Of a DNA stretch of 64,000 nucleotides, positions 53,530 through 64,000 are shown piece by piece. The stretch spans positions 381,875 through 445,874 of the forward strand of contig NMRA01000372.1 of NCBI GenBank assembly GCA_002633005.1. The letters are read 5' to 3'. Source of the stretch: Phoronis australis. Lineage: Eukaryota; Animalia; Phoronida. Under the pieces are notes generated by a model that was not told the origin of the DNA, ran no database searches, and worked only from the letters and a program-made list of their open reading frames with translations. How positions within the stretch are numbered: the first letter of the stretch is position 1; the number at the start of each line of letters is the position of its first letter. The translations under genes were made by a program, and so were the position numbers.

Positions 53530-56500
53530 TTTCGCTCAAGTTCATTAATATGGTTTACGTAGATGACAGCGTAACCCTAGTCTGTCATTAATGATTCCAG
53601 CGTTAATAAAAAGCAATTTATGATCGTCATATGTCCCGAATAATATATAAATGATACGTGCGTCGCAAGCTCGTTACCAGCGATGAAAAGGAGACCGAGG
53701 TAGGCGATATAGGTCATTTATTATGATTAGTACAATTACAATAAAATGAATACAGGTAAATAACGTATAATAGGTAATCTCTGGTAAGATGGGCAATAAA
53801 AAGCGCCACATGAGATGAGTTAACAACGGAAGACGACGATTGAGACGAGTCTGAGAAACACTGGCCACTAGTGGCAATTTCATTTTTCTGTTTTCTTTTG
53901 TTTCTCTGATGACTTCCTCGACGAATTTTCATGAAATTTGTTAAATAGCTTTCCAACTTTGACATTTTCCGGTTTTCAGACGGATTCGACGTATTTTGCT
54001 CCATCTAGTGGCCATTTTTACTGTTTACTAATCTGTTTTTGGCGTCCGGCCCATGTCAACCAAACCACTCTTTGGATGATTGTGAAAATTGGCTTATGTA
54101 TTGTTAGTGTGAAGAGGACGGTTGACTATGATTTTCAGGCTTCAATTACAGTGGCGCCTCCTTGTGGCATTTTTTCGCCCTTAACTGTATCCTCTAAGCC
54201 TTTGCAGAATATTTATTAAATATAGCTAGTATATTTATATGACGTTGACAACGGAAGACGACAACTTTCAGACGGATCCGATGAAAGCTTTGTCCTCTAG
54301 TGGCAATTTCATTTTTTCCGCTTTGCTGAAGTTTCTTGACGGATTTTCATGAAATGTTGTAAATAGCTTTCTGTTAAAAAATGATGACATTTTCCAGTTT
54401 TTTATGGATTCGAAGTATTTTGCACAATCTAGTGACCATTTTTACGATGCAAATAAACAAAAAAATACTATGAGACGGATAGAATGACAGACAGACAGGT
54501 AGAAATCCGAGGTTCTAAGAGTTTAATTTTGTGATTACTGTGGAACACACCGGATTCAATTCGATTTACCACAGTTAACCCTTTTGTGAGTAATGAATAA
54601 ATGCTACGAGGCGTATAGAACGACAGACAGATATGTAGAAATCAAGGCAAGCGAAACTACTAATCATGCCCACTCACGTTATCTGTAAAACCAAATCATT
54701 TGGAGATCAAAAGAAAATACAATGTATCCACGCATTAATATTACCATAATCAGTAATAATAATTTTACTACATGTCTCTGTCCTGCTCGTCTTTCAGAAT
54801 TACTGTCGCCATGTCAAATGCAATTTGTCACATAGTGTCTCGCTCGGAGAACGAAATCACGCACCAGAACATTACATTCACAGAACAAAGCATGAGTAAA
54901 TGTTGCCTGATTTATTTGGTATAAAAGGAACCGCCTTAATATCCACTGACAGCAAAAATCATACTAAGCAATTTACACCTCAAAATGCGACCCCCCCCNG
55001 TAACCTTTGGCCATATGCGGCTTCCCAGTGAAACCAAAATGTTAGCACTGGAATTTGTGGAAAATGATTTTGGGAGTGGGTACTGTACATGGGAGATAAC
55101 AACCAGTTCTATTTTCCACATGCCTAGTAAATCAGTGCACAGAGATTACTGAGGCCAGTTTCTAGGTACGTGTGACAGATATGCGAACTCCTCCACTCGT
55201 TCGAAAAAGTGATCCGCCCAAGGCCAAACAAAAATAGACTTTCGAACCTTTCTCCGGCATTTCATGAAGACAAACAGCATCACTGAAACGCCGTTTGTTG
55301 ATCTATTGTGATTGAAATACAAGATGGCGGTGCAAAGACTGCCCCCGACGACGACCATGTGGTTATGGCATATTCATCCCATACGGCAATTAAATTGTTC
55401 AGGCTACTGGTATCGACATCGTGTATACTGTATGTGGGTCAACAGGAAGAGATTTCCTGGTCAAACTAACAAAGTACAAGACACTTCGCCAACATTGACT
55501 GTGTGACCGTCATTTCGTCCCGGGAAGCCACTGCCACTGGTCCGCTATCGTCAAACTTTGGCAGAGACGGTAACGCACATGTATGTCACAGACTACTAAG
55601 TAACGACCGGGCGAGAATTTATGTCGTAACAATTAGTGACAAATGAATGATAGATAAGTATAAAGTAAAAAATTGATGTCTGCAGTCTTTTTTACTTTTA
55701 CTGGGTTAAAACCCATAGTTTCGTGGGTAGTTGAGTAAGTAAATAAGCTTGTTAAGGTCCTACATAACGGTAAACCGTAATACCCTAGCACAGAGTAACT
55801 GCCTCATTTGAGTTCGGATTGAAATAGAAGGGAAAACATTAACGTCAACAGCCTCGTTGTTAACTGAGCTGTGTCACGTGCATTCGATGCTACTCTCCAG
55901 GAACGCGCACGAGACGTGGATGGGACGGCGTCCGTGGAAAAGCAGGCTTTCTGCAAGTGTCGTTCTTGAGGAACTCCGACAGGGAAGGTTCAAGAACCAG
56001 AGTGCCTTCTCGCGACGGTTCCTTCGACTTCAAGTACCTTGGTGCTACCGCTGACCTCGAGGGAGGCCGTGTGATCGTTCCTTCGGATGGTTTCGACGAG
56101 CTGGCGGAAATACTGGCAATGGCGTTCTCATGCAGTGTTCTTTACGTAAGGCTATGTGTTTATGTAGAACGTGTATTGACTTTTAGCATGTGCATTGGTT
56201 TCGACTTGAGGATCGGAGACATATCCGGATAGGGAGATTAAGTGGTGAGCGTACTTTTCAATGACACTGAACTGCATCTTTCGAAACGTCAAGTCAGGAG
56301 ACATAGTGTTCATGTGTCCTCCTAAAAGGGGCATTGTCAGATTTACGGTCGAAAACGTACTTTTGGGATTATCATTGTTGGACTGGGTAGATTTCTTGAA
56401 GTTATTACCTTTGACCACAGATTTCTTGCAACACCCGTTGTGTTTTTGCTATTTTATTATAAATCGCCAATTCTCGCCGCCGTCTGCTTGACATCCGCTG

Positions 56501-59500
56501 AAATCATCGCCGATGTCTTGTCACTACTTATATACTCTTCTGTTAAATGTATGGCAATTGACTTCACCTGTTACCTCGTAGCTGGTTGGCGGTTTTATTC
56601 TGCGGCTCCGTTAATTTCTGTTATATTACTTTCTTCCCAAGACTACTTGGATTTTAAAATTCCTTCTTTGTTCGAAGCTGCAGAGTCATTTCAGTTAAAT
56701 AAAACTTAGTGAATCTTAATGTTAACTCGAAAAACCTAAAGCAGCAATTCGCCGTGTTTAGCTGGCTAAAAACGAAATTCGAATTATTAATGCGCCTTTG
56801 CTCACCCTTAAATCGGTTTCATAATAGTCTTTTCTGAGGTAGGATTCCGTTTTCAGCTCAAGTCACAGGCGAAGCGTATGTGCACATGCGCCATTTTCGA
56901 ATGTCCACTTTTGGGGCTGAGGCGGGCCAGCCCCCAATAAACTCAGAGGCGTTTTCTTGAATCGTGGATGGATTCGATGCTCTTGTTATTTTAATATTTT
57001 TAACATTTATTTATTATATCCACAAATACAAACTCGTATACAATTTGTCGAATAAGTACAAATATATTATGTATACATGCTTCAGTACACCTGCATTCAC
57101 GCATCTCATCTATACTGCACGGGTTGCTGAAAGTAATATTTCCTTAAAAAGAATGCTGAAATAAAAGTATTAAAACGCATGTGCTCGTCTGTCCACAAAC
57201 CAGTCCATTTGATAGTAAATGTGTTTTTCTAAATTGTACTGTTCTTTAAGTAGATTTCAATGCATGATCTTGTATTCTTAAGACGTTGTACGATACTGGC
57301 CAATATCAAGATCTGAATTTACAACTAGTTGCTCTTCTGCTTGTCCTAATATTATTGATGTTTTATTAATTTAACAATGAAACCGTCGCATCCTGGAGTT
57401 TTCCACCTTCCATTCCCTTTGGAGTATGAGTAGCTTCCGGCAAACTAACTTCACAGAATTCTCTTTTTGGTAACGGAAATGCAATCCTGTGATGGTAAGG
57501 AGTATTACGAGACCGCTTTTTTGTGAGAGTAAAAGGCTTTAAATTTGAGTTCGTTTTTAGTCAACTAAACAGGGCGAATTTCCGGTTTAATTCTTTGCGT
57601 TAACATTAAAAGTCACCTAATTTGTTGACACGGCAATTTCAAGCTAGGAAGACCTCATCCAATTTAAGTAGAATAAATTTGCATGTCTCCTGATTTCACG
57701 TTGCATTTAAAATTAATCTAGTGACAAGTTTTGCTCACCACTCCTCTTATACAATTAACAGATGTCCTTATCCAAATTTATCCCGACCCCCATAGTCTAT
57801 ATCCGGCCTACGAATAGGTCACTTTGTCAAATTTTGTCATACTAAGCTACGATCTGACATTGATCTGACGTGTTTCAACATTTCATGAAATTTGTCTAAA
57901 ATGGAACCATCGGTAATTGAAAGGATTAAAAAGTAATTGTAAAACTATTTGATTCAGAATATTTTCAGTGTGAAATATTGTTCAAGTACGCATGCAAATC
58001 AGACCGTGCCTCACATAGTAAAGAATCTGAGCAAGTCGTGATGTTTTCGAGTATTTCACGAGTCTTCGATGCTAATAGATGATGGATACGAGTGAAGTGC
58101 TCATATTCAATTAGACAGTCACAGGCAGCTTCCCCTCGGCTCCCTCTCAGCATCACTCTTGAACTAAAAAGCGGGTTGGCTTTAGTACCTCGGCTTTTTG
58201 TTTTAAGGAGAATTCTCGGAAACTGTCAGCGGCAAGTCTGAGAGCAAATCGCCCCGTTGGCATTAACATGCAATTTTGATGCCAGTTACCGAGTTGCAGT
58301 TTCTGAATTACATAACACGCATGTAGTCTTTGCAGCTAACTCGGTTGAAGTGTTCATAAAATTGCTACAACTTGATGGGACGGCGGTATCAGCTAGACCG
58401 CCTGAGTACTCCATGATTTGGTCACAGAAGTAAATGACAGGAAGCAATGGCCTGTGCCGTTTGCTTTTGTCTTTTTTTTGTTGTTGTGTGCTGTGTTCCG
58501 CAAACTCAAGGCACTCCTAAGACTGGCGAGATCACGCAAGACCATGCAGGATTATTCGGGTGAAAGGTTACTGTCTCGCGAGTAGTCTATTTCGGGATCT
58601 TGCTATTATTTTAGCGTACACCTCGCAAACGGTGGAATATTGAATAATGCGGTGACATTTACTGCTTAGTTCCATAAGCGAGAATTTGTTGCCTTTGTCA
58701 ACAGACTCTCACAAGTGCAAGATCATACAACACTTCCTGCGAAGCGTGTAATGGCTCCTAAGCTTTTTTCGCGAGTTTCTGTACCACGTGGTTTACCGGA
58801 TGCAGTGCTGATTACAGTCCAAACGACGCCAAAAGCTATTGTTAGTATTATCATTGTTGTTGATGTCCTTGTTATTTTATTGAAATTTTAGGTGAAAGAA
58901 ATGTAGTGTTAAACTCAAAATTTCGAATGGTTAAGGCGGGGATTGTCAACGCAATCTCAGGCCCGCGAGTCTGAAGATGGTACTTCTATAGGCCCATCGA
59001 GAAGCTGAATCTCTCGGTCCCGTGTTGTATCATTGACATGGCTTTCATGTCACGGTCATCTTTTTAGCTGAAATAAGGAAGGGTTCTTATATCGATCTGC
59101 TTGCAGATTATCTCGTGCATTTATGTCGGTGCGTCACTTTAATGGCCCAGCCAATGTTTTTGCCTTGAAAGAGGGCCTGTTGCCCAGTGTACCACGTGTG
59201 CTGAACAATGGAGTGACCTGTCAAATTTAATGGTTTGTCAAAATGTACTAAATGTGAACAAAATATTGTTAACGAGCTGAAGAAAAATAAGCAGCATTAC
59301 AATAACTTTTTCCTTTGATTTGCTCGATTTTCAGGCGTGTTCTACGTTATTTTTTTATTTTTCACTATTCAAGGTTCTCTGCCTGCCACGTTCACCCCCT
59401 GTTGTTGGCGGACAGCCACAGAGAGAGCCGATGGGTAGTCAGGGTATCACACGCCTTGGTCCTGCCACAAAGGCAACTAACAAAGCTCCGTTATCGCGTG

Positions 59501-59752
59501 GAATCAAGTTCGTTCGTTGCGACGATAGGCTGGCGTTACTCCAGGCAGCTGGATTTCATTACAGTACACCGTGTAACCCAATCTTGCACTATACCTACGG
59601 CGTTACTTGCGGTGCTACGTGCGGTGGATACAGCGACTTCCACGGTGGCATTGACGCAGCCCCCAATTGTGAAGCCGGCGGATGCGGGGGATGTGGAGGG
59701 TGCGGTGGTTGTGGTGCCGGTTGCGGCGGTGGAGGCGGCGGCGGTGGAGGCG
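41344..59752 (+). CDS. GRDP1: Glycine-rich domain-containing protein (GRDP/DUF1399-like), copy B; at least ~789 aa, stop codon presumably in the gap. Exons 41344-41366, 42761-42969, 43433-43641, 44888-45523, 47424-47630, 48676-48839, 51569-51719, 53246-53390, 55901-56145, 59374-59752+
   Basis: All exons have AG/GT boundaries and join in one open frame. Two WHxH repeats and a C-terminal CGGCGGCGGCGAGCGGGG tail typical of GRDP proteins. Symbol means GRDP1-like. Confidence 0.88.
42761..42969 (+). CDS. GRDP copy B exon (..THVAAADRVNLSINLVKAAQNHLNFL..WLPLLA)
   Basis: Acceptor cgtcttgcag, donor gtaaac; homologous to 6533-6733. Confidence 0.87.
43433..43641 (+). CDS. GRDP copy B exon (DFVPPLDVEWMWHVHMMSPYKY..EPFE)
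   Basis: Acceptor cttacag, donor gtaaga; in frame. Confidence 0.88.
44888..45523 (+). CDS. GRDP copy B exon (second DUF1399-like repeat)
   Basis: 636 nt = 212 codons; acceptor gcttag, donor gttagc. Confidence 0.88.
47424..47630 (+). CDS. GRDP copy B exon (VNTARTRHELGFYLRRKTGNFCCSS..TLKIQ); not in the ORF track
   Basis: Manual translation, 69 codons, homologous to 2500-2700; donor gtaagc. Confidence 0.85.
48676..48839 (+). CDS. GRDP copy B exon (ANLHGFRPGPGVF..LWGPVTVPGLLPESENTCIAAVH); not in the ORF track
   Basis: Manual translation, 164 nt, homologous to 623-786; donor gtaagt. Confidence 0.86.
49893..51476. mobile_element. Non-autonomous Kolobok-like DNA transposon in a GRDP-B intron
   Basis: ttaa|aggagcatgccaccc ... 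gggtggcattctcct|tcaa; THAP start MLRCIVPACPN..FFRLP..RKW on minus; 'GYQFEQEYRDEEILER' on plus at ~50998-51095 followed by gtaag. Confidence 0.75.
51569..51719 (+). CDS. GRDP copy B exon (LLTRSGDLAFSVRVIHSVSLRMSAVQIF..GTDQLPDPSQ)
   Basis: Acceptor ccttacag, donor gtgagc, phase consistent. Confidence 0.82.
53246..53390 (+). CDS. GRDP copy B exon (LGNKKVRD..GERAMVIKNTTGDWAVMKGYWDGFKKG..)
   Basis: Acceptor gttttcag, donor gtattt, phase consistent. Confidence 0.82.
53472..53528. repeat. (AC)n microsatellite, ~28 units
   Basis: Direct reading. Confidence 0.95.
53820..54445. repeat. Diverged direct duplication (~200-bp units at ~53820-54020 and ~54248-54445)
   Basis: acaacggaagacgac..ctagtggcaatttcattttt..ttttcatgaaat..aaatagcttt..atctagtg occurs twice. 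Confidence 0.7.
55901..56145 (+). CDS. GRDP copy B penultimate exon (GTRTRRG..ADLEGGRVIV..EILAMAFSCSVLY)
   Basis: Acceptor ctctccag, donor gtaagg, phase consistent. Confidence 0.82.
59374..59752 (+). CDS. GRDP copy B terminal exon with Cys/Gly-rich tail, truncated by the gap
   Basis: VLCLPRSPP..AAGFHYSTPCNP..YGVTCGATCGGYSDFHGGIDAAPNCEAGGCGGCGGCGGCGAGCGGGGGGGG. Confidence 0.85.
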
Positions 59753-60745
59753 NNNNNNNNNNNNNNNNNNNNNNNNNNNNNNNNNNNNNNNNNNNNNNNN
59801 NNNNNNNNNNNNNNNNNNNNNNNNNNNNNNNNNNNNNNNNNNNNNNNNNNNNNNNNNNNNNNNNNNNNNNNNNNNNNNNNNNNNNNNNNNNNNNNNNNNN
59901 NNNNNNNNNNNNNNNNNNNNNNNNNNNNNNNNNNNNNNNNNNNNNNNNNNNNNNNNNNNNNNNNNNNNNNNNNNNNNNNNNNNNNNNNNNNNNNNNNNNN
60001 NNNNNNNNNNNNNNNNNNNNNNNNNNNNNNNNNNNNNNNNNNNNNNNNNNNNNNNNNNNNNNNNNNNNNNNNNNNNNNNNNNNNNNNNNNNNNNNNNNNN
60101 NNNNNNNNNNNNNNNNNNNNNNNNNNNNNNNNNNNNNNNNNNNNNNNNNNNNNNNNNNNNNNNNNNNNNNNNNNNNNNNNNNNNNNNNNNNNNNNNNNNN
60201 NNNNNNNNNNNNNNNNNNNNNNNNNNNNNNNNNNNNNNNNNNNNNNNNNNNNNNNNNNNNNNNNNNNNNNNNNNNNNNNNNNNNNNNNNNNNNNNNNNNN
60301 NNNNNNNNNNNNNNNNNNNNNNNNNNNNNNNNNNNNNNNNNNNNNNNNNNNNNNNNNNNNNNNNNNNNNNNNNNNNNNNNNNNNNNNNNNNNNNNNNNNN
60401 NNNNNNNNNNNNNNNNNNNNNNNNNNNNNNNNNNNNNNNNNNNNNNNNNNNNNNNNNNNNNNNNNNNNNNNNNNNNNNNNNNNNNNNNNNNNNNNNNNNN
60501 NNNNNNNNNNNNNNNNNNNNNNNNNNNNNNNNNNNNNNNNNNNNNNNNNNNNNNNNNNNNNNNNNNNNNNNNNNNNNNNNNNNNNNNNNNNNNNNNNNNN
60601 NNNNNNNNNNNNNNNNNNNNNNNNNNNNNNNNNNNNNNNNNNNNNNNNNNNNNNNNNNNNNNNNNNNNNNNNNNNNNNNNNNNNNNNNNNNNNNNNNNNN
60701 NNNNNNNNNNNNNNNNNNNNNNNNNNNNNNNNNNNNNNNNNNNNN
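59753..60745. other. Assembly gap (993 N)
   Basis: Run of N. Confidence 1.
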
Positions 60746-61975
60746 TGCCCCCCCCTAACTAAAAATCCTGGATCCGCCTCTGGCATTGCATCGTTTATTA
60801 ATTCAGTTTCAATTGAAATAAACTATTAGGTGTTCTGCACCCAATTCCGATGTGTACAGACGTTTTCAATGAGGATGTTTACGTAAAACGTTAAGAACCC
60901 AGCTTCAATTATCTCTCTGTATTTTATTGCTTTGGCTAAACTTGATCGAACCTGGGACATTTTGATACATTGTTCATGCTACCCCTGGAGCGCGTGTTTG
61001 AGCAAATCTGAACGATGTATATTTTCAAAACTATATTATGAAAATGCACAAAAAGTGGATTAGTGAAATATGCTGTTTTTAAGACACATTTGAAAAAAGA
61101 AGCCACTAACTCACTGTTTATTATCATGTTGTGAATATCAACATGCCCGGGTATTCGGTTGACGTTCGTAAGCAGACGAACGCTGGAAAATACTGTACAC
61201 TCCTTGCTAAAACGCTGGAGGTCACGGGACCGCGCAGGAGAGGAAATACGATCGTTCACGACTTTAGGGCACTCACGACTTTAGGACCTCCGACGGTACA
61301 TAAATTACATACTAGGGCGGACACATTTAGTGTGAGAATGAATTGATGCCATTTTTTATCTGGTTGAATTTTGTGAGTTACTGAAGTTGCTTACATCGCT
61401 GGAAATGGGAACAGCCTACTATTCCGAAGGTTCACTAGGCCTACTCCCTGCCGAATGTTTGTTATTCCGAAGGTTCACCGTAACTTCGAAGGTTCATTAC
61501 TGCGGAGGTTGATCACAACGAAATATCTAACATTTCGGACTCGGGTGTAACTTTTATACCTTTACATGCAAAAATAACGATACTTCAGTTATTAGATGCA
61601 CTGAGTGGTGTAGGCTTACCTATACCGAAAACAACACTTTGTTTAGATTTCATGCCCATGCAAAAATTGCCTGCATAGGTTATCTTAATACGCAAAAATG
61701 AGCATGTACGTGCATCTTAAAAGAATATGAAGCAGGAATATTAATGAACTATCAACCACGATACATTCTTCAAATCCTTGTCATGATGGCATCCGATAGC
61801 GCCTCAACATCACAAGCCGGAACCATGCACACCGGCCAGGTCTTAACTAAACCAAGTTAGTAAGCGACCCTGTCCATGCCACTTTTTGCGAAGTCAGAGA
61901 GTCCCATTCAGTCTTCCTGGAGTTTTCCACTTTTCATTCCCTTTGGAGTACGAGTATCTTCCGGCAAACTAACTT

Positions 61976-62118
61976 CATGACATTTTCAATGCATACATAA
62001 TACAACAAAGCAACAGTGTTTTCAACAAAAGAAAATTCATCTTGAACACAGGTAACCTGATTTTTTTGTTGAAAACACTGTTGCTTTGTTGTATTATGTA
62101 TGCATTGAAAATGTCATG
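61976..62118. repeat. Perfect inverted repeat, 55-bp arms, 33-nt spacer
   Basis: catgacattttcaatgcatacataatacaacaaagcaacagtgttttcaacaaaa and its reverse complement. Confidence 0.9.
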
Positions 62119-62120
62119 CT

Positions 62121-62568
62121 GGGAAATCCTGATGGATTTCTTAAAAGTCTCATAAGAATTTCTATAGGGTTTCTTGTAGGATATCCTAAAGGATTCCTAT
62201 AGGATCCTGTAGGATTCCTATAGAATTTCCTATAGGATCCTACAGAATTCCTATAGGATATTGGGCCAAAATCCAATTGGATTCCTATTGGATCCTATAG
62301 GATTTCCTATAGGATCCAATAGGAAATTCTATAGGATTTCCTATAGGATTCTTGTAGGATCCTATAGGATCCAATTGGATTTTGGCCCACCAGCCTATAG
62401 GATTTCTATGGGATCCTATAGGACTCCTATAGGCTCCAATAGAAATCCTATAGGATCCTATTGGAATCCTATAGGCTGGTGGGCCAAAATCCAATTGGAT
62501 ACTATTGGATCCTATACGATTTCTTATAGGAATCCAATAGGAAATCCTATTGGAATTTTTCGTAAGGG
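62121..62568. repeat. Minisatellite-like array of (a/t)cctatagga/tccaattgga palindromic units, probably an EnSpm/CMC-like MITE body
   Basis: Dozens of 10-11-bp units, ending ggaatttttcgtaaggg. Confidence 0.7.
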
Positions 62569-62937
62569 CTGAAGATATTACTTCTATGGACCCGTCGACA
62601 AGTGCGAGAAACTCAATCATTGACATGGCTTTCATGTCACGGTCGTCTTTTTAGCTGAAATAGGGAGGGATCATACATCTGCTTGCAGATAGATTCGTGT
62701 GCGGCACGTTAATGACCCAGCCAGTGTTTTTGCCTTGAAAGATGGCTTTTTGCAAAGTGTACTGCGCGTGTTGAACAATAGAGTGACCTGTCAAATCTAC
62801 TGGTTATCAAAATCTACTAAATGTGGACAAAACATTGTTAACTAGCTGAAGAAAAATTAGGATTACATTAATTTTTCCTTTGATTTGCTTTATTTTCAGG
62901 CGTGTTCTACGTTATTTTTTATGTCTCATTATTCAAG

Positions 62938-63172
62938 GTTCTCTGCCTGCCACGTTCACCCCCTGTTGTTGGCGGACAGCCCCAGAGAGAGCCGATAGGT
63001 AGTCAGGGTATCACACGCCTTGGTCCTGCCACAAAGGCAACTAACAAAGCTCCGTCATTGCGTGGATGCAAGCCCGTTCGTTGCGACGAGAAACTGGCGT
63101 TACTTCAGGCAGCTGGATTTCACTACAGTACACCGTGTAATCCAATCGTGCATTATACCTATGGTGTGACTT
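62938..63172 (+). other. Second copy of the GRDP-B terminal exon (5' part) with flanking intron; paralogous duplicate or uncollapsed haplotype
   Basis: 62569-63172 aligns by eye with 58971-59606; similarity stops at the single N at 63173. Confidence 0.75.
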
Positions 63173-64000
63173 NTCATTGTATCCTGAAATCCTGTTAAAA
63201 TACGCAAACTCACTTACTAGGAGATGGTGGACCGTTTCAGCCGACTATAGTCGGCTTTTGCAGAGACTGGTGTTAAATATATGTAAACTCACTCCAGGCG
63301 ACAGAGTGTAGCATAGATGAGATAGGGTATAACGTAGACGACGCTAAAATTTGCTCACTTATAGGAGACAAGTTGTAGCGTAGACAATGTTAAAATTCGC
63401 TGACAGAAGGCTGAAACATCAATAGACCGTCTCCCGTTACACCTCTCTCTTCGTATTAGCAAGCTTACATATTTTGAACGACGTGTCAACACTTAGTTAA
63501 CTGTTTTGATTTTAATGGTTACGTAGGCTTATTGGTTAAGTTTGTATATTTTGTGACAACCATGTATAAAAATATTCTGATACCATTGATACAATTGTGA
63601 TTGGATACATGTACATCAGTGTTTTATTCGCAATGAGAATGAGGGTGTGCTTAAATGAGTGATGACCTAAAGTCGTGAATATAAGCATAAAAAGCAGCTG
63701 ATTGTACTACTACCCAATGTCTGTTAGCAACTGCTCATGTGATGTCATGGACATGTATCAGCCTTCACAAATATGTACGTGTTTTTCCAGTCTTAACCCG
63801 TGTTTGTCTCCGTAAGCAGAGCTTTGAAACGGTCGCTCATATCGCCGGCCATTTTGAATGAGACCCTAAAGTCGTGACCGTTTCATTTAAACGGAAATGC
63901 ACGAAGTATGACCAAACAAATGAACTACAGTGCTTACAGTTACTCTAGACGACATAAAACGCATTCACTGGCGGATTTAGAGGGAGGCCAAGGGGGCTAT

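Noticed and set aside
59315-60829. Long ORFs of 358-504 aa in the track
   Set aside because: They run through the N gap; only the 59374-59752 frame is real.
62094-62635. Repetitive ORFs (PIGSYRNPIG...)
   Set aside because: Translations of the cctatagga minisatellite.

Overview
Eukaryotic, AT-rich, intron-containing genomic DNA, probably a marine invertebrate (inference from composition and repeats), with a 993-bp assembly gap at 59753-60745. The window is dominated by a cluster of glycine-rich domain protein (GRDP/DUF1399-like) genes. Copy A is on the minus strand, with 5 coding exons visible (6716->623), and runs off the left edge. Copy B is on the plus strand, with 10 coding exons reconstructed in frame (41344->59752), and runs into the gap in a Cys/Gly-rich tail. 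There is also a frameshifted minus-strand 3' remnant (26704->23528) and a second copy of B's last exon (62938-63172). Between the divergent A and B genes lie two intronless ORFs: a ~498-aa predicted pseudokinase and a 385-aa orphan. The rest is mostly non-autonomous DNA transposons (two Kolobok-like elements with THAP/KolX remnants, hAT-, Harbinger- and pogo-like MITEs, a long-TIR foldback element), hairpins and simple repeats. The most notable signals are a 111-aa block identical between otherwise diverged paralogs and the pairing of a duplicated His-motif domain with variable Cys/Gly tails that resemble RiPP precursors.
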